Shown here: positions 10,772 through 22,474 of the stretch, piece after piece
How the letters are laid out: each line of letters begins with the position of its first letter
Position numbering within the stretch: the stretch's first letter is position 1
NCBI GenBank assembly: GCA_005888295.1
Contig: VAWP01000087.1
Location: 19,461-83,460 of the forward strand
Origin: Actinomycetota bacterium
GTDB lineage: Bacteria > Actinomycetota > Acidimicrobiia > Acidimicrobiales > AC-9
Direction of reading: 5' to 3'
DNA length: 64,000 bases
Notes under the pieces: model-generated
Told to the model about the DNA's origin: nothing
Databases searched by the model: none
What the model saw: only the letters and a program-made list of their open reading frames with translations
Made by a program: the position numbers and the translations under genes

Positions 10772-11748
10772 ACACGGCGAGGAAATCCCTGGAGGTGGGC
10801 CCGAGCCAGTGGGTGGGGGCCCTGTACCTGGTCTGGCGCTGCGAGGGGAACCGGAGCGTAGGTCGAGAAGCTCACCCACTGAGGGTTGATGTCGAGCTCC
10901 ATGGCCCGGACGCAGCCGGCGGCCACCAGGACGTTGGCCAGCCCGGCCGGGTCGAGCGCCGGTCCGGCGGCGTAGATCAGGTTCCCGCCGGCATCGACAC
11001 CGACGGCTGACCGCCACACGTTGCTGCCGCCGCCGAGGGTCGCCCCCCAGCTCGAGCCCAGGTTGGCGGGCGCGCCGCCGTCCACGAGGGGATGCAGGTT
11101 CTGCCGGACCGAGACCACGTCGGGCGTGAGGGTGACGTCCCGCCCCCAGACGCCAACCGTCGCCGAGCCGTCGGCGTGCATCACCAGTGACGCGTAGCCA
11201 TCCTGGAGCGGCAGGGCCGCTCTCCCCGCCGTGTACCACCCGCCCGATCCGGTGCCGAGCCGGAACCCGGAGTTGAAGGCGGCCACCAGCTGCGGGGCGG
11301 GCTCACCCGTACCCGCGTAGAGGACCGTCTTCGTCAGCTTGGTGTTGATCCACGCCAGGCCCGTCGGCGCCGACCCGTTCCCCGGTCGGAGGGTGGTGGT
11401 GTACACGACCGGGACGGTCCCGTTCGGTCGGCCCTCCGGAGCCCACACGGCGACGCGACCGGCCGGGACCCAGTGGCCCTCGCCGGGAAGAGGAGCGCTC
11501 GCCAGGGGGTGGGCGTCTGCAGGCGGCGGAGGCGGAGGGGGCGGAGGAACCGTTGTCGTCGTCGAACCGCCGTGCTGGGCGGCCGCCGTTCGTGACGACC
11601 GCTCCGGTCCGGAGGAGCCCGACGTGGCCAGCACCGCCGAGACCACGGCCGCGGCGACGACCGCGGCCGCCACCGGAGCGAACCAGAGGCGCCCCAGCCG
11701 CCGCCGCGGGGAGGAGGGAGACTCCTTCCCGGAGCCGATCAGCACCAT
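10729..11748 (-). CDS. phosphodiester glycosidase (NAGPA/DUF2233) family protein with N-terminal membrane anchor and poly-Pro linker
   Basis: TM segment FAPVAAAVVAAAVVSAVLA, a P10 run, then AFNSGF..GGSNVWRSAVGVDAGGNLIYAAG..LANVLVAAGCVRAMELDINPQW, typical of this family. Confidence 0.7.
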   Translation of the reverse strand: MVLIGSGKESPSSPRRRLGRLWFAPVAAAVVAAAVVSAVLATSGSSGPERSSRTAAAQHGGSTTTTVPPPPPPPPPADAHPLASAPLPGEGHWVPAGRVAVWAPEGRPNGTVPVVYTTTLRPGNGSAPTGLAWINTKLTKTVLYAGTGEPAPQLVAAFNSGFRLGTGSGGWYTAGRAALPLQDGYASLVMHADGSATVGVWGRDVTLTPDVVSVRQNLHPLVDGGAPANLGSSWGATLGGGSNVWRSAVGVDAGGNLIYAAGPALDPAGLANVLVAAGCVRAMELDINPQWVSFSTYAPVPLAAPDQVQGPHPLARAHLQGFPRRVHPLRDSRRRSSAS

Positions 11749-11793
11749 ATCCGGGGAGTATTGTCACACTCCCGCTCCCGTGCGGCGCGTATC

Positions 11794-14157
<2,364 letters not shown>

Positions 14158-14171
14158 GGTGGACTCCTGTG

Positions 14172-14190
14172 GACTCCTCGGTTCGGAGTC
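14172..14190. promoter_or_regulatory. inverted repeat GACTCC-N7-GGAGTC in the lon leader
   Basis: Seen directly in the sequence. It lies 15-33 nt upstream of the lon ATG, with a further direct copy of GGACTCC at 14161-14167. Confidence 0.35.
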
Positions 14191-14260
14191 TTACAACATT
14201 ACAGGTGAGCATGTTCTTCCCCACCGTGTGAGCCCAGCCGGCACCGCCCGGCAGAGTCCG

Positions 14261-14283
14261 CGCGTTCCACATCTGGTCGAAAT
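14261..14283 (-). promoter_or_regulatory. copy A1 of a 23-nt conserved intergenic motif (minus-strand reading TTTCGACCAGATGTGGAACGCG), oriented toward lon
   Basis: Near-identical (22 of 23 nt) to 41663..41685. It forms an inverted pair with 14315..14333. Confidence 0.4.
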
Positions 14284-14314
14284 TGGCGTCGCCGTGCACC
14301 GGCGCCGTGCCCGG

Positions 14315-14333
14315 TTTCGACGCAATGTGGAAC
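14315..14333 (+). promoter_or_regulatory. copy A2 of the same motif (TTTCGACGCAATGTGGAAC), oriented toward the PBP gene
   Basis: Reverse complement of copy A1, differing only in the 3 central bases. It sits 32 nt away from A1. Confidence 0.4.
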
Positions 14334-14339
14334 TGGTCA

Positions 14340-16201
14340 ATGACCCCCAAGGGGCGCGTCGGGCCCGCCGTGCCGCCGGAGGTAGGGTCTGCGGCCGTGC
14401 CACGCCGGTCTGCTGCCGCCCTGGTGTGCGCCCTGGCCGCGGCAGCGGGCCTGCTCGCCGGCTGCTCCTCGGGCTCCTCCGGTGGGTCCACCGCCAGCGC
14501 CTTCCTCTCCGACTGGTCGAAGGGGAACCTCCAGTCGGCCGCCGGGCGCACGGGGGCCCCCGACCGGGCCGTCGCCGACCTCCAGCAGGTGACCAACGAC
14601 CTCCAGGTGACCCACGCCGACCTGCGCCTGGGCACCGTGAGCGGGTCGCGGGCCGACTTCTCGGCTGCCCTCACCCTGGCGGGGCTGGGCGTATGGCGGT
14701 ACCAGGGACACCTGGGGCTCCGCCAGACCAATGGCGGCCACTGGATCGTCGCCTGGGCGCCCTCTGACATCTACCCGGGCCTCGGGCCTGGCCAGCGGCT
14801 CGGACGGACGCGGACGCTGCCCCCGAGGGGCGCCATCCTCGACCGCACCGGGGCGCCCCTGGTGCTGCCGACCGCCGTCGTCACGGTTGGCATCGTTCCC
14901 GGCAGGCTCACCAACCCGGCGGCGGCGATCGCCGCCCTCCAGGCCACCACGGGCTCGGACCCCGCCCGGGTGCAGCAGCTCCTCGCCGGCGCCAAGCCCG
15001 ACCAGTTCCTTCCGGTCATCACCCTGCGCCAGGCCGACTACGCCAAGGCCAAGCCGGTGCTCTTCCCGATCCCCGGGCTGTCGTTCCAGCAGAAGACCGA
15101 GAACCTCCCCCCCACTCCCACCTTCGGCCGGGCCGTGCTGGGCCAGCTCGGGCAGGCCACGGCCGACGCCCTGAAGCAGGCAGGGCCGGGGTTCGAGGCG
15201 TCGGACGACGTGGGGCTGTCCGGCCTCGAGCTGGCGTACCAGCGCCAGCTGGCCGGCGCCCCGTCCGGCTCCGTCAACCGGGCCAGCCCGTGCGCACCAC
15301 GCTCGACCAACGCCTCCAGAACGCGGCCGAAGCCGCCCTGGCCTCCACGACGCACCCCGCCGCGCTCGTCGCCGTCCAGCCCTCCACGGGTCAGCTGCTG
15401 GCGGTCGCCAACGCTCCGGCCGACTCCTCGTTCGACCGGGCCCTCAGCGGGCAGTACCCGCCGGGGTCCTCGTTCAAGATCGTCACCACCACCGCCCTCA
15501 TCCCGACCGGCGTGACGCCCGACACCCCGGCTGCCTGCCCGCCCAGCGTCACCGTGGGGGGCAGGACCTTCACCAACTTCGAGGGGGAGACCTCGGGCAC
15601 CGTCCCCTTCTCCGTCGACTTCGCCCGGTCGTGCAACACGGCCTTCATCGGGCTGGCGTCCCGTCTCAATGCCGACCAGCTCCAGACGGCGGGCCGATCG
15701 CTCGGGATCGGCACGGGCTGGAAGCTGCCGCTGCCCGCCTTCACCGGGCAGATCCCGACCACCGCCGACCCGACCGAGCTGGCCGCCGACGCCATCGGCC
15801 AAGGCCGCGTCCTCGCCAGCCCAGTGGCCATGGCGCTGGCGGCGGGCGCTGTCGACGCCGGCACGTGGCGGCAGCCGGTCCTCGTCACCGATCCGGGCGC
15901 GCCGCCGCCGGCCCTGGCCCAGCCGGCGCCACCGCTGCCGGCCGGGGCGGCGGGGACGCTGGGCCAGCTCATGCGAGGGGTGGTCACGGGAGGTACGGGC
16001 ACGGCGGCCAACGTGCCTGGCCCTCCCGTCTTCGGCAAGACGGGCACAGCTGAGTTCGGGTCGGCCCAGCCGCCGCAGACCCACGCCTGGTTCATCGGCT
16101 ACCGCGGCGACGTCTCCTTCGCCGTGCTCGTCGAGGGCGGTGGGGTCGGCGGCGAGGTGGCCGCCCCCATCGCCGCCAACTTCCTCAAGGCGACGGGCTG
16201 A
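14340..16201 (+). pseudogene. class B penicillin-binding protein (lipoprotein-type signal, NTF2-like N-domain, transpeptidase), split by a frameshift near 15272-15282
   Basis: ORF 14283..15515 holds the signal with LLAGC lipobox, the N-domain and GLELAYQRQLAGAPSGSV. ORF 15290..16201 in another frame holds GQPVRTTLDQRLQ, SSFK, the SCN motif (FARSCNTAF) and KTGTAE. The span is 1862 nt, not a multiple of 3. The start is uncertain (ATG 14340 or GTG 14397). Confidence 0.7.
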
Positions 16202-16206
16202 GGGTC

Positions 16207-16953
16207 ATGGACCTCGAGGGGCGGGCGGCGCTCGTCACCGGTGGGTCGAGCGGGATCGGCGCCGCGGTGGTGCGGCGGCTGCAGCGGGCGGGCAGCCGGG
16301 TGGCGGTGCTCGACCTCCAGGCCGAGGACGGCGACGGCGATCTGGCGCTGGCGTGCGACGTGGCCGACGAGGAGCAGGTCGTCGACGCCGTTGCCCGCGC
16401 CCGCCGTGAGCTCGGCGGCCTGCAGGTCGCTGTCCTGGCGGCCGGGGTCGGCGGGATGTCGGCCATCGCGGACATGTCCAGCGCAGAGTGGGACAGAGTG
16501 CAGGGGGTCAACCTGCGGGGCACGTTCCTGTGCCTGCGGGAGACGGCGCGTTTCCTGCGCGACGCAGGCGAGGGAGGCGCCATCGTGGCCGTCACATCGG
16601 TCTCGGGCTTCCTCACCGACCGCCTGATGGGGCACTACAGCGTGTCGAAGGCGGGCGTGGCGGCCCTCGTCCGGGTGGCGGCCAGGGAGCTCGGGCCCCT
16701 CCGCATCCGCGTCAACGCGGTGGCACCGGGCACCACGGACACGCCGATGTTCGACGCCGCCCGACGCCTGCCCGGCTACGAAGAACAGGTCGCGGCGCGC
16801 ACGCCCCTGGGCGGGCTCGGATCACCGGGCGCGGTGGCCGACGCCGTGGTCGCCCTCGCCGGGCTCGACTGGGTGACCGGTCAGATCGTGGCCGCCGACG
16901 GGGGCGTCTCCCTCTGGAGCCCCATCGACCCGGCCGAGCGGCTCCCCCCGTAG
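16207..16953 (+). CDS. SDR family oxidoreductase (FabG-like)
   Basis: TGGSSGIGAA Rossmann motif and the YSVSKAG catalytic YxxxK. Confidence 0.9.
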   Translation: MDLEGRAALVTGGSSGIGAAVVRRLQRAGSRVAVLDLQAEDGDGDLALACDVADEEQVVDAVARARRELGGLQVAVLAAGVGGMSAIADMSSAEWDRVQGVNLRGTFLCLRETARFLRDAGEGGAIVAVTSVSGFLTDRLMGHYSVSKAGVAALVRVAARELGPLRIRVNAVAPGTTDTPMFDAARRLPGYEEQVAARTPLGGLGSPGAVADAVVALAGLDWVTGQIVAADGGVSLWSPIDPAERLPP

Positions 16954-16982
16954 CGGGCCGGGCGGGACGAGCCCCGTTAGCG

Positions 16983-18085
16983 TTAGCGCTTCAGCACCAC
17001 GACCGAGGCGTTGGCGCCTCTGCCCACGGTGTGGGCCAACCCCGTCCTCGCCCCCGGCACCTGCCTGGGCCCGGCGTCACCGCGTAGCTGCAACGTGAGC
17101 TCGACGACCTGGCCCAGGGCCGACGCGCCCAGCGGCTCGCCCTTCGACAGCAGGCCACCGCTCGGGTTGGCCGGCAGCCGGCCGGTCATCTCCGTCGCCC
17201 CGTCCTCGACGGTCTTGCCTGCGTCACCCCGGGGACAGAGCCCGAGCTCCTCGTACGAGAGCAGCTATCCGAGGGACCCAGGCCCGCGGTCTCGTACGCC
17301 GACGTCGCAGCCAGGGTGGTGGGCGCCGGGATGCTGTCGTCCACCCGGCCCGACATCGGGGTCGCCTCGCTCAGCACGTTGCCCGGCAGGTGCGATCGCA
17401 GCACGGCGGCGGCGACCTTCACGGTGGGCTCGGAGCTGGCGACGGATCGTCGCAGCACGACCGCCGCCGCCCCCTCGTTCGGAGAGCAGAGCATCCACAG
17501 CCGCAGCGGCTCGCACACCACCCTCGACGCCAGCACGTCCGCAGCCGTCACCTCGCGACGCAGCATGGCTGCCGGGTTGCCCACCCCGTTGCGACGGTTC
17601 TTGACCACGACCCGAGCGAGATGGTCCAGGGTCACCCCGGACTCGTGCATCAGGCGCTGGGCGCGCAGGGCGAAGTACGACGGCGTCGCAGCCAGGCCGG
17701 CTTCCTCGCGCCACGGCTCGAAGAACGACGACCGGATGATGCCCTTGGGCATCTTCTCGATGCCGTAGACGAGGGCGGCGTCGTGCTGACCGGCCCGGAT
17801 GGCGTCGGCGGCGAGGATCAGGGCGGCGGCGCCGCTCGCGCACCCGGCCTCGACGTCGAAGATGGGTGTGCCCGTCATGCCCAGGGCGTCCAGGACCTTG
17901 TGGCCCGCGGCCACCCCCCCGTAGGCGGTGCCACAGAACGCGGCCTGGAAGCCCCCGCGCCCCAGGCCCGCCTCGGCCAGGCTCGCCCGCACGGCGGCGA
18001 CGCCCAGCTCGGTCACGGTCCTGCCCTCGAACCGTCCGAACGGGTGGATTCCGATGCCGGCGATCTCGACCTGGGTCGCCGTCAT
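16983..18085 (-). pseudogene. SCP2/Ltp-type thiolase, interrupted near 17265 by a frameshift and an in-frame TAG
   Basis: ORF 17186..18415 from ATG 18085 reads MTATQVEIAGIGIHPFGRF..EAGCASGA..AYETAGLGPSD. It continues only in another frame (LLSYEELGLCPRGDAGKTVEDGATEMTGRLPANPSGGLLSKGEPLGASA, ORF 16983..17189). The span is 1103 nt. The ATG overlaps the DUF35 stop (ATGA). Confidence 0.7.
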
Positions 18086-18504
18086 GTCTCGACGGGGCCG
18101 AACGAGTAGGTGACGACGGGCCGGCCGTCCTCGTCCTCGTGCAGGGGAACGATCTCCAGGCGCATGGTCTGGCCGCGCCGCAGGCGCGACGGCTCGGGCT
18201 CGCTGATGCGGGTGATCACCCTGATGCGCTCGGGCAGCTCCACCACGCCGAAGCCGAACGGTACCGCTCCTCGGTAACCGGGAGGCGGAGCCGTCACCGC
18301 CGTCCAGGCGAACAGCGTGCCCGTCTCCGACAGCGGAACCTCGGTCACCTCGTCGGCCGAGCAGTAGGGACACGTCGCGGTGCGAGGGAAGTGGTGCTCG
18401 CCGCAACGCGCGCACCGTCCGCCCAGCAGATGGCAGGAGCCGTCAGCCGCAACCGTGAACAGGCCCTCCCGTACCGCGACGTCGGCAGGGGAACCCTCGC
18501 TCAC
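18082..18504 (-). CDS. Zn-ribbon/OB-fold DUF35 protein (partner of Ltp-type thiolases)
   Basis: 140 aa with the CxxC..CxxC ribbon (CARCGEHHFPRTATCPYC) followed by an OB-fold-like segment. It is translationally coupled to the thiolase. Confidence 0.8.
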   Translation of the reverse strand: MSEGSPADVAVREGLFTVAADGSCHLLGGRCARCGEHHFPRTATCPYCSADEVTEVPLSETGTLFAWTAVTAPPPGYRGAVPFGFGVVELPERIRVITRISEPEPSRLRRGQTMRLEIVPLHEDEDGRPVVTYSFGPVET

Positions 18505-18505
18505 C

Positions 18506-19519
18506 TCACCCGGAACGCTCGTCGTGGCCTCCGAACTCCTTGCGCATGGCGGACAGAACCCTGTTGGCGAACTCGGCGTTGCCCCGCGAGCTGAACCGCT
18601 CGTAGAGCGCCGCGCTCAGCACGTGGGCGGGCACACCTTCGTCGATCGAGGCCATGATCGTCCAGCGGCCCTCTCCGGAGTCGGACACCCGGCCGCTGAA
18701 GCCGGACAGCTCCGGGTCAGCCTCGAGGGCGGCCGCGGTGAGGTCCAGCAGCCATGAGGCCACCACGCTCCCCCGGCGCCACACCTCGGCCACCTCGGTC
18801 GTGTCGATGTCGTACCGGTAGTAGTCGGGGTCACGCAGGGGGGTGGTCTCGGCGTCGGACACCTCCTTGCGGTTGCCGATGTCGGCGTTGCGCAGCACGT
18901 CGAGGCCTTCCGCGTAGGCGGCCATGATCCCGTACTCGATCCCGTTGTGGACCATCTTGACGAAATGGCCGGCGCCGTTGGGCCCGCAGTGGAGGTAGCC
19001 GTTCTCCGACGTCGAGTGCTCCCCCTTGCGCCCCGGCGTCCGCTCGATCGATCCCGCCCCCGGCGCGATCGTGGCGAAGATCGGGTCGAGGTGGCTGACG
19101 ACCTCGTGCTCACCGCCGATCATCAGGCAGAACCCCCGCTCCAGCCCGAACACGCCGCCGCTCGTCCCGACATCGACGAAATGGATCCCCTTCGGCTCGA
19201 GCGCCCTGGCCCGGTCGATGTCGTCGCGGTAGTAGGAGTTGCCCCCGTCGATGATGATGTCACCCCGCTGCATCCTGCGGGCGAGATCGCTCACCGTCTG
19301 GCCGGTGAAGGCGGCTGGCACCATGACCCACGCCGCCCTGGGCACGGTGAGCTTGCCCACGAAGTCGTCCAGCGAGGTGGTGCCGATCGCGCCCTCGCCC
19401 GCCAGCTCGTTCACCGCCGCCTGGTTGACGTCGTACACCACGCACTCGTGGCCGTCCCGCATGAGCCTGCGCACGAGATTGGCTCCCATGCGACCGAGCC
19501 CGATCATTCCCAACTGCAT
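18506..19519 (-). CDS. gnd: 6-phosphogluconate dehydrogenase (decarboxylating), short Gnd-like form
   Basis: ORF 18506..19792 trimmed to ATG 19519. Motifs: [40 protein letters not shown] and SGEGRWT. Confidence 0.85.
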   Translation of the reverse strand: MQLGMIGLGRMGANLVRRLMRDGHECVVYDVNQAAVNELAGEGAIGTTSLDDFVGKLTVPRAAWVMVPAAFTGQTVSDLARRMQRGDIIIDGGNSYYRDDIDRARALEPKGIHFVDVGTSGGVFGLERGFCLMIGGEHEVVSHLDPIFATIAPGAGSIERTPGRKGEHSTSENGYLHCGPNGAGHFVKMVHNGIEYGIMAAYAEGLDVLRNADIGNRKEVSDAETTPLRDPDYYRYDIDTTEVAEVWRRGSVVASWLLDLTAAALEADPELSGFSGRVSDSGEGRWTIMASIDEGVPAHVLSAALYERFSSRGNAEFANRVLSAMRKEFGGHDERSG

Positions 19520-19577
19520 GCGCCGATCCCTCCCTCTCCGTTGGTCGTCGCCGAGCCCGCCACGCCGGCCCGCCTCC

Positions 19578-20438
19578 TCAGAGGGTAGGGCGTTCCCAGA
19601 GCTTGATCCCCCCGAGAATGCCCGCCGCGTTGTCCACGATGGTGGCCTTGGGGCCCAGATCGGCGGTGACGTGCTTGGAGTTCCCGCCTCCGACGTACAC
19701 CTGGTCGTAGAAGAACAGCGCGTCCAGGGTGTCGATGGCGAGCCTGACCCGCTTGTTCCACTTCTTGTTCCCGATCCGGCTGCGAGCCGCATTGCCGAGG
19801 TACTCGTTGTACGACTCGTTCTTGCGCAGCGGGTGGTGCGCCAGCTCCATGTGCGGCGTCAGCCGTCCGTGGAAGAACAGGCCGGTGCCGACACCGGTGC
19901 CCAGCGTCACCACCAGCTCGAGCCCCTTGCCCTTCACCACGGCCGCGCCCTGCAGGTCGGCGTCGTTGACGACCTTGGTCGGCTTGCCGAGGGCCGCATC
20001 GAGCGCGGAGGCGAGATCGAAGCTGCTCCACGCCTCGACGAGGTCGGGCACCGTCTCCGAGCCGGGGCCCGACACGGTCACGAAATGAGGAGCGGAGAGC
20101 ACGTGGCCGTCGCGGACCATGCCGGGGAAGCCCACCGAGACCCGGTCGTACACGGGGAGAGGCTCGACGAGCAGGCGCAGGGTCTCGACCATCTTGGTGG
20201 GCGGGCACGGGTAGGACGTGTCCACGCGCACGCGGTCCACCTCCATGGCGCCGGACGGGTCCAGGACAGAAGCCTTGAGGCCGGTGCCGCCCACGTCGAT
20301 GGCCAACGTCGCCTGCTTCCTGGCCGTGGATCTGGTGGCCCGCGCCCCGCCCGAGCCAGCGGCGGCCGATCTCCTGCCGGCCGTCCCTGGCGCGCGCTTG
20401 CCATCCGTCGTTCTGCTGGTGCTGCGGTGGGCCGTCAT
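19578..20438 (-). CDS. ppgK: polyphosphate/ATP glucokinase (ROK family)
   Basis: [20 protein letters not shown] and [17 protein letters not shown] lies upstream of ATG 20438. Confidence 0.8.
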   Translation of the reverse strand: MTAHRSTSRTTDGKRAPGTAGRRSAAAGSGGARATRSTARKQATLAIDVGGTGLKASVLDPSGAMEVDRVRVDTSYPCPPTKMVETLRLLVEPLPVYDRVSVGFPGMVRDGHVLSAPHFVTVSGPGSETVPDLVEAWSSFDLASALDAALGKPTKVVNDADLQGAAVVKGKGLELVVTLGTGVGTGLFFHGRLTPHMELAHHPLRKNESYNEYLGNAARSRIGNKKWNKRVRLAIDTLDALFFYDQVYVGGGNSKHVTADLGPKATIVDNAAGILGGIKLWERPTL

Positions 20439-20551
20439 GCGGGACGCCTCCTGAGCTGACGAAGAGTGCTCTCAGCCATTGTGTCTCGCCTCCTCCGTCC
20501 ATGTCGGCCGAAGTTCGCCAACGCCCAAAACGGACAAACGCCGAGCGCCGC

Positions 20552-21292
20552 TTATCTGTTGTTGGCCGTGATCGCGGCGGTGAGAGCGTCGGCGAAACGT
20601 TGGGTCCCTGCGGGGACAGCGAGGTGGACACCGTCGGGTGTTCGCAGGGGGACCGGCTTGTCGTCCGGTCCGACGACCGACGCCAGGTACGCGCCCTGGG
20701 CGTCGGAGAACGGCCTGACCTCGTCGACGAAGAACGCACGCCGAGCCGGTGAGCCCGGCGCCCGCAGACCCAGATAGATGACGTCCAGGGCGCGGAGCTT
20801 GGCTTCGTTCGCCGGCCTGGCCATCGGCGGCCCGAGCACCCAGTACACCTGGGCGTGGCCCGAGCTCAGGATGTCGGTGGCCTGCTGGGCCGCCGCCGCC
20901 CAGGCGGCGTAGAACTGGGGTGTGCCGTCGGCGATGCCGGGTCGGGTCCCGAACAAGCCGTAGTTGCCGACGAACTCCACCACGACGATGTCCGGCTGGT
21001 ACCGGGCGACGAGCTGGCGCATCATGCCCAACCAGTCGAACGTGGTGTCGAGCAGCCCTGTCCCGGGGCCGGCGGCCACTTGGACCTGGTAGCCCTCGTG
21101 CTGGAGGTCGGCGGTCGCGGCGCCCGCCGACTGCCCCGTGATCGAGTCGCCGACGAGCAGCACCTTGCGATGGGCGGTCAGCACGATCACGGCGGCGCCC
21201 ACGCCGAGCGCCAGCGCCACGACGGCGGCGAGCCCGGCCAGCGTCAGTCGCCTGCGCCTCGACGACTGCGGTGCGCTCACGCCGCGATCCAC
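20552..21292 (-). CDS. SGNH/GDSL-type hydrolase with N-terminal membrane anchor
   Basis: A TM segment followed by VLLVGDSITG (the GDS block), and DGVHL near the C-terminus. Confidence 0.65.
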   Translation of the reverse strand: MDRGVSAPQSSRRRRLTLAGLAAVVALALGVGAAVIVLTAHRKVLLVGDSITGQSAGAATADLQHEGYQVQVAAGPGTGLLDTTFDWLGMMRQLVARYQPDIVVVEFVGNYGLFGTRPGIADGTPQFYAAWAAAAQQATDILSSGHAQVYWVLGPPMARPANEAKLRALDVIYLGLRAPGSPARRAFFVDEVRPFSDAQGAYLASVVGPDDKPVPLRTPDGVHLAVPAGTQRFADALTAAITANNR

Positions 21293-21334
21293 GAGCGCCC
21301 CTCCTACCCGGCTCTCCCGGCGACCAGTCGACGG

Positions 21335-22474
21335 CTACGGCGAGCCGTGCCCCCGGTCGACCTTCCCCGGCCCGGGCCGACCGTCTTCTCGGGCCGGCCT
21401 CCCGGGCCGACCGTCTCCTCGCGGGGCGCGGGACAGGCGCGCCACACGCTGGGGCCGGACGTAGCCTTCGGCCAGGTACCAGTCGGCCGACCGGCGGATG
21501 GCGTCGGCAGCCGGTCCGCTGGTGTAGCCCAGCTCCCGGCGGGCCCGCGAGTCGTCGAAGACCATCCTCGTGGTGGACATGCGCGCCGCCTCGAAGGGGA
21601 CGGCGGGAGCTCGACGGAGGAGCCGACCCTGGACCAGCTCGCTGGCCCGCCCGACGGCGAGGGCCGCCGGGGCGGGGATCTTCCCTCGCGGCCTGGGCAG
21701 CCCCGTGTGCTCGGCCAGCACGCGCAGGACCTCGACCAGCTCCATGTTCTCGCCGCCGAGTACGTAGCTGCGTCCCGAGCCGCCCCGCTCGGCAGCCAGG
21801 ATGTGGCCCTCCGCCACGTCGTCGACATCGACGACGTTGAGCGCGGTGTCGACGTAGGCGGGGATGCGCCCGTTCAGGAAGTCGACGACGAGCTGGCCGG
21901 TCGGCGTCGGGGCGCGATCACCTTGCCCGAGGGGGAACGTGGGATGGGTGATGACGACCGGTAGGCCGGCGGCGGCATGCCGGAGGGCCTCGTGCTCGGC
22001 CACGTACTTCGACCGCTTGTAACTGCCGAAGAGGTGCTCGATCTCGGTCACGTCATCCTCGTCGGCCGGTGTGCCGTCCGGGCGCAACCCGATGGTGCCC
22101 ACCGTGCTCGTGTACACGACACCGCAGCGCGACGCGCCGGCCGCGGTGAGCACGTTGCGCGTGCCGCCCACGTTCACCTCGTAGAAGAGCCGACGCTGGC
22201 GCGCCCAGAAGCGGTAGAGGGCGGCGGTGTGGAACACCACCGCCACCCCGGCCAGCGCCCGGCCGACAGCGTCAGCGTCGCGAACATCGGCTTCCACGAC
22301 CTCGACGTCGAGCTTCTCGATGTTGGTCCGGTCGATGGCGGGCTCGACCACGGCCCGCACGGCGCAGCCCCGGTCCAGCAGCGCCCTGGCGATGGCCGAG
22401 CCGATGAAGCCGGTGGCGCCGGTGACACAGACCTGGTCGGAACGGCCGAGAGGACGCCTGACGGGCTGGGCCAC
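21335..22474 (-). CDS. NAD-dependent epimerase/dehydratase (HpnA / dihydroflavonol-reductase-like)
   Basis: VTGATGFIGSAI and YKRSKYVAE (YxxxK). The GTG start at 22474 abuts the aminotransferase stop. The last ~35 codons are low-complexity (DGRPGRPAREDGRPGPG) and are encoded by the REP units. Confidence 0.85.
   Translation of the reverse strand: MAQPVRRPLGRSDQVCVTGATGFIGSAIARALLDRGCAVRAVVEPAIDRTNIEKLDVEVVEADVRDADAVGRALAGVAVVFHTAALYRFWARQRRLFYEVNVGGTRNVLTAAGASRCGVVYTSTVGTIGLRPDGTPADEDDVTEIEHLFGSYKRSKYVAEHEALRHAAAGLPVVITHPTFPLGQGDRAPTPTGQLVVDFLNGRIPAYVDTALNVVDVDDVAEGHILAAERGGSGRSYVLGGENMELVEVLRVLAEHTGLPRPRGKIPAPAALAVGRASELVQGRLLRRAPAVPFEAARMSTTRMVFDDSRARRELGYTSGPAADAIRRSADWYLAEGYVRPQRVARLSRAPRGDGRPGRPAREDGRPGPGKVDRGHGSP
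21367..21420 (-). repeat. REP-like GC-rich palindromic element, two 30-bp units, inside the 3' end of the epimerase ORF
   Basis: cccgggccgaccgtct occurs at 21371 and again at 21401. The reverse complement (acggtcggcccgggaggccggcccgagaag) matches the units at 50668..50726 and 57923..58020. Confidence 0.6.

Noticed and set aside
11515-11550. G-rich low-complexity run (ggcggcggaggcggagggggcggagg)
   Set aside because: It is the coding strand complement of a poly-proline linker (P10) between the membrane anchor and the catalytic domain. This is an ordinary linker.
14161-14340. CIRCE, HAIR, ClgR box or SigR/SigH promoter upstream of lon
   Set aside because: None of these consensus sequences, as I remember them, is matched. 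GGAAC is present, but no GTT lies at 16-19 nt, and the leader repeat has the opposite half-site polarity to HAIR.
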